A stretch of DNA of 36,284 nt from Reclinomonas americana ATCC 50394 (Eukaryota): assembly GCA_048213135.1 (NCBI GenBank), contig PS015096.1, forward strand, positions 132,165-168,448. The letters are read 5' to 3'. The position numbers and the translations under genes were made by a program. The notes beneath the pieces were generated by a model that worked only from the letters and a program-made list of their open reading frames with translations, was not told where the DNA came from and did not search any database. Of the stretch, positions 36,057-36,284 are shown in pieces (the first letter of the stretch is position 1; every line of letters begins with the position of its first letter).

Positions 36057-36284
36057 CGTGAGGAAGAGGGTCTCCTCGCGGAGCTTGAACTTGTAGTGCA
36101 CCTCGACGAGCCAGTCGATGAGGATGCCGCGCATCTTCTCGTTGATCTCGGTCTGGCGCGACATGTAGTCGGCCGACGGCAGCTTCTTGCACTCGATGGA
36201 CTTCCAGAAGTTGCAAATGTCGTTGGCCAGATCGGGGACGTTCTGCGGGTTGTGGCGCACAGCGCGGTCCATGCGCGGCGACAA
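36057..36284 (-). CDS. Mitotic B-type cyclin, cyclin-box exon (partial)
   Basis: NPQNVPDLANDICNFW...DYMSRQTEINEKMRGILIDWLVEVHYKFKLREETLFLT followed by a GTGAGT donor. MRAIL-type helix with HxKF is typical of cyclin B. Confidence 0.9.

Noticed and set aside
1-36284. Alternative genetic code suggested by fragmented ORFs
   Set aside because: Fragmentation is explained by short introns. TAA (HECT), TAG (uL22, AAA) and TGA (MORN5) all occur at homology-consistent C-termini.

Overview
Gapped draft scaffold from a GC-rich, intron-dense eukaryote, most likely a flagellated protist (it has MORN5 and a mitochondrial uL22). Most introns are 55-90 nt and the standard genetic code is used. Manual splicing gives, left to right: a PARP-fold ADP-ribosyltransferase-like gene present twice as an inverted near-identical pair; a giant HECT E3 ligase (HERC/HECTD4-like, with SPRY and a possible N-myristoylation site); mitochondrial uL22; an FHA-AAA ATPase; MORN5; a divergent CK1-like kinase; an unknown multi-exon gene; and a B-type cyclin. 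The most striking signal is in splicing. About 20 introns, roughly a quarter of those I could model and spread over six genes, start with GTTGCG(T/C) and one starts with GTTGAGT. These are the organism's usual GTGCG/GTGAGT donors with one extra T, so the normally critical +5 G moves to +6. Several small contigs between gaps appear flipped, so orientation-dependent observations need caution. Counts are manual and no database searches were run.
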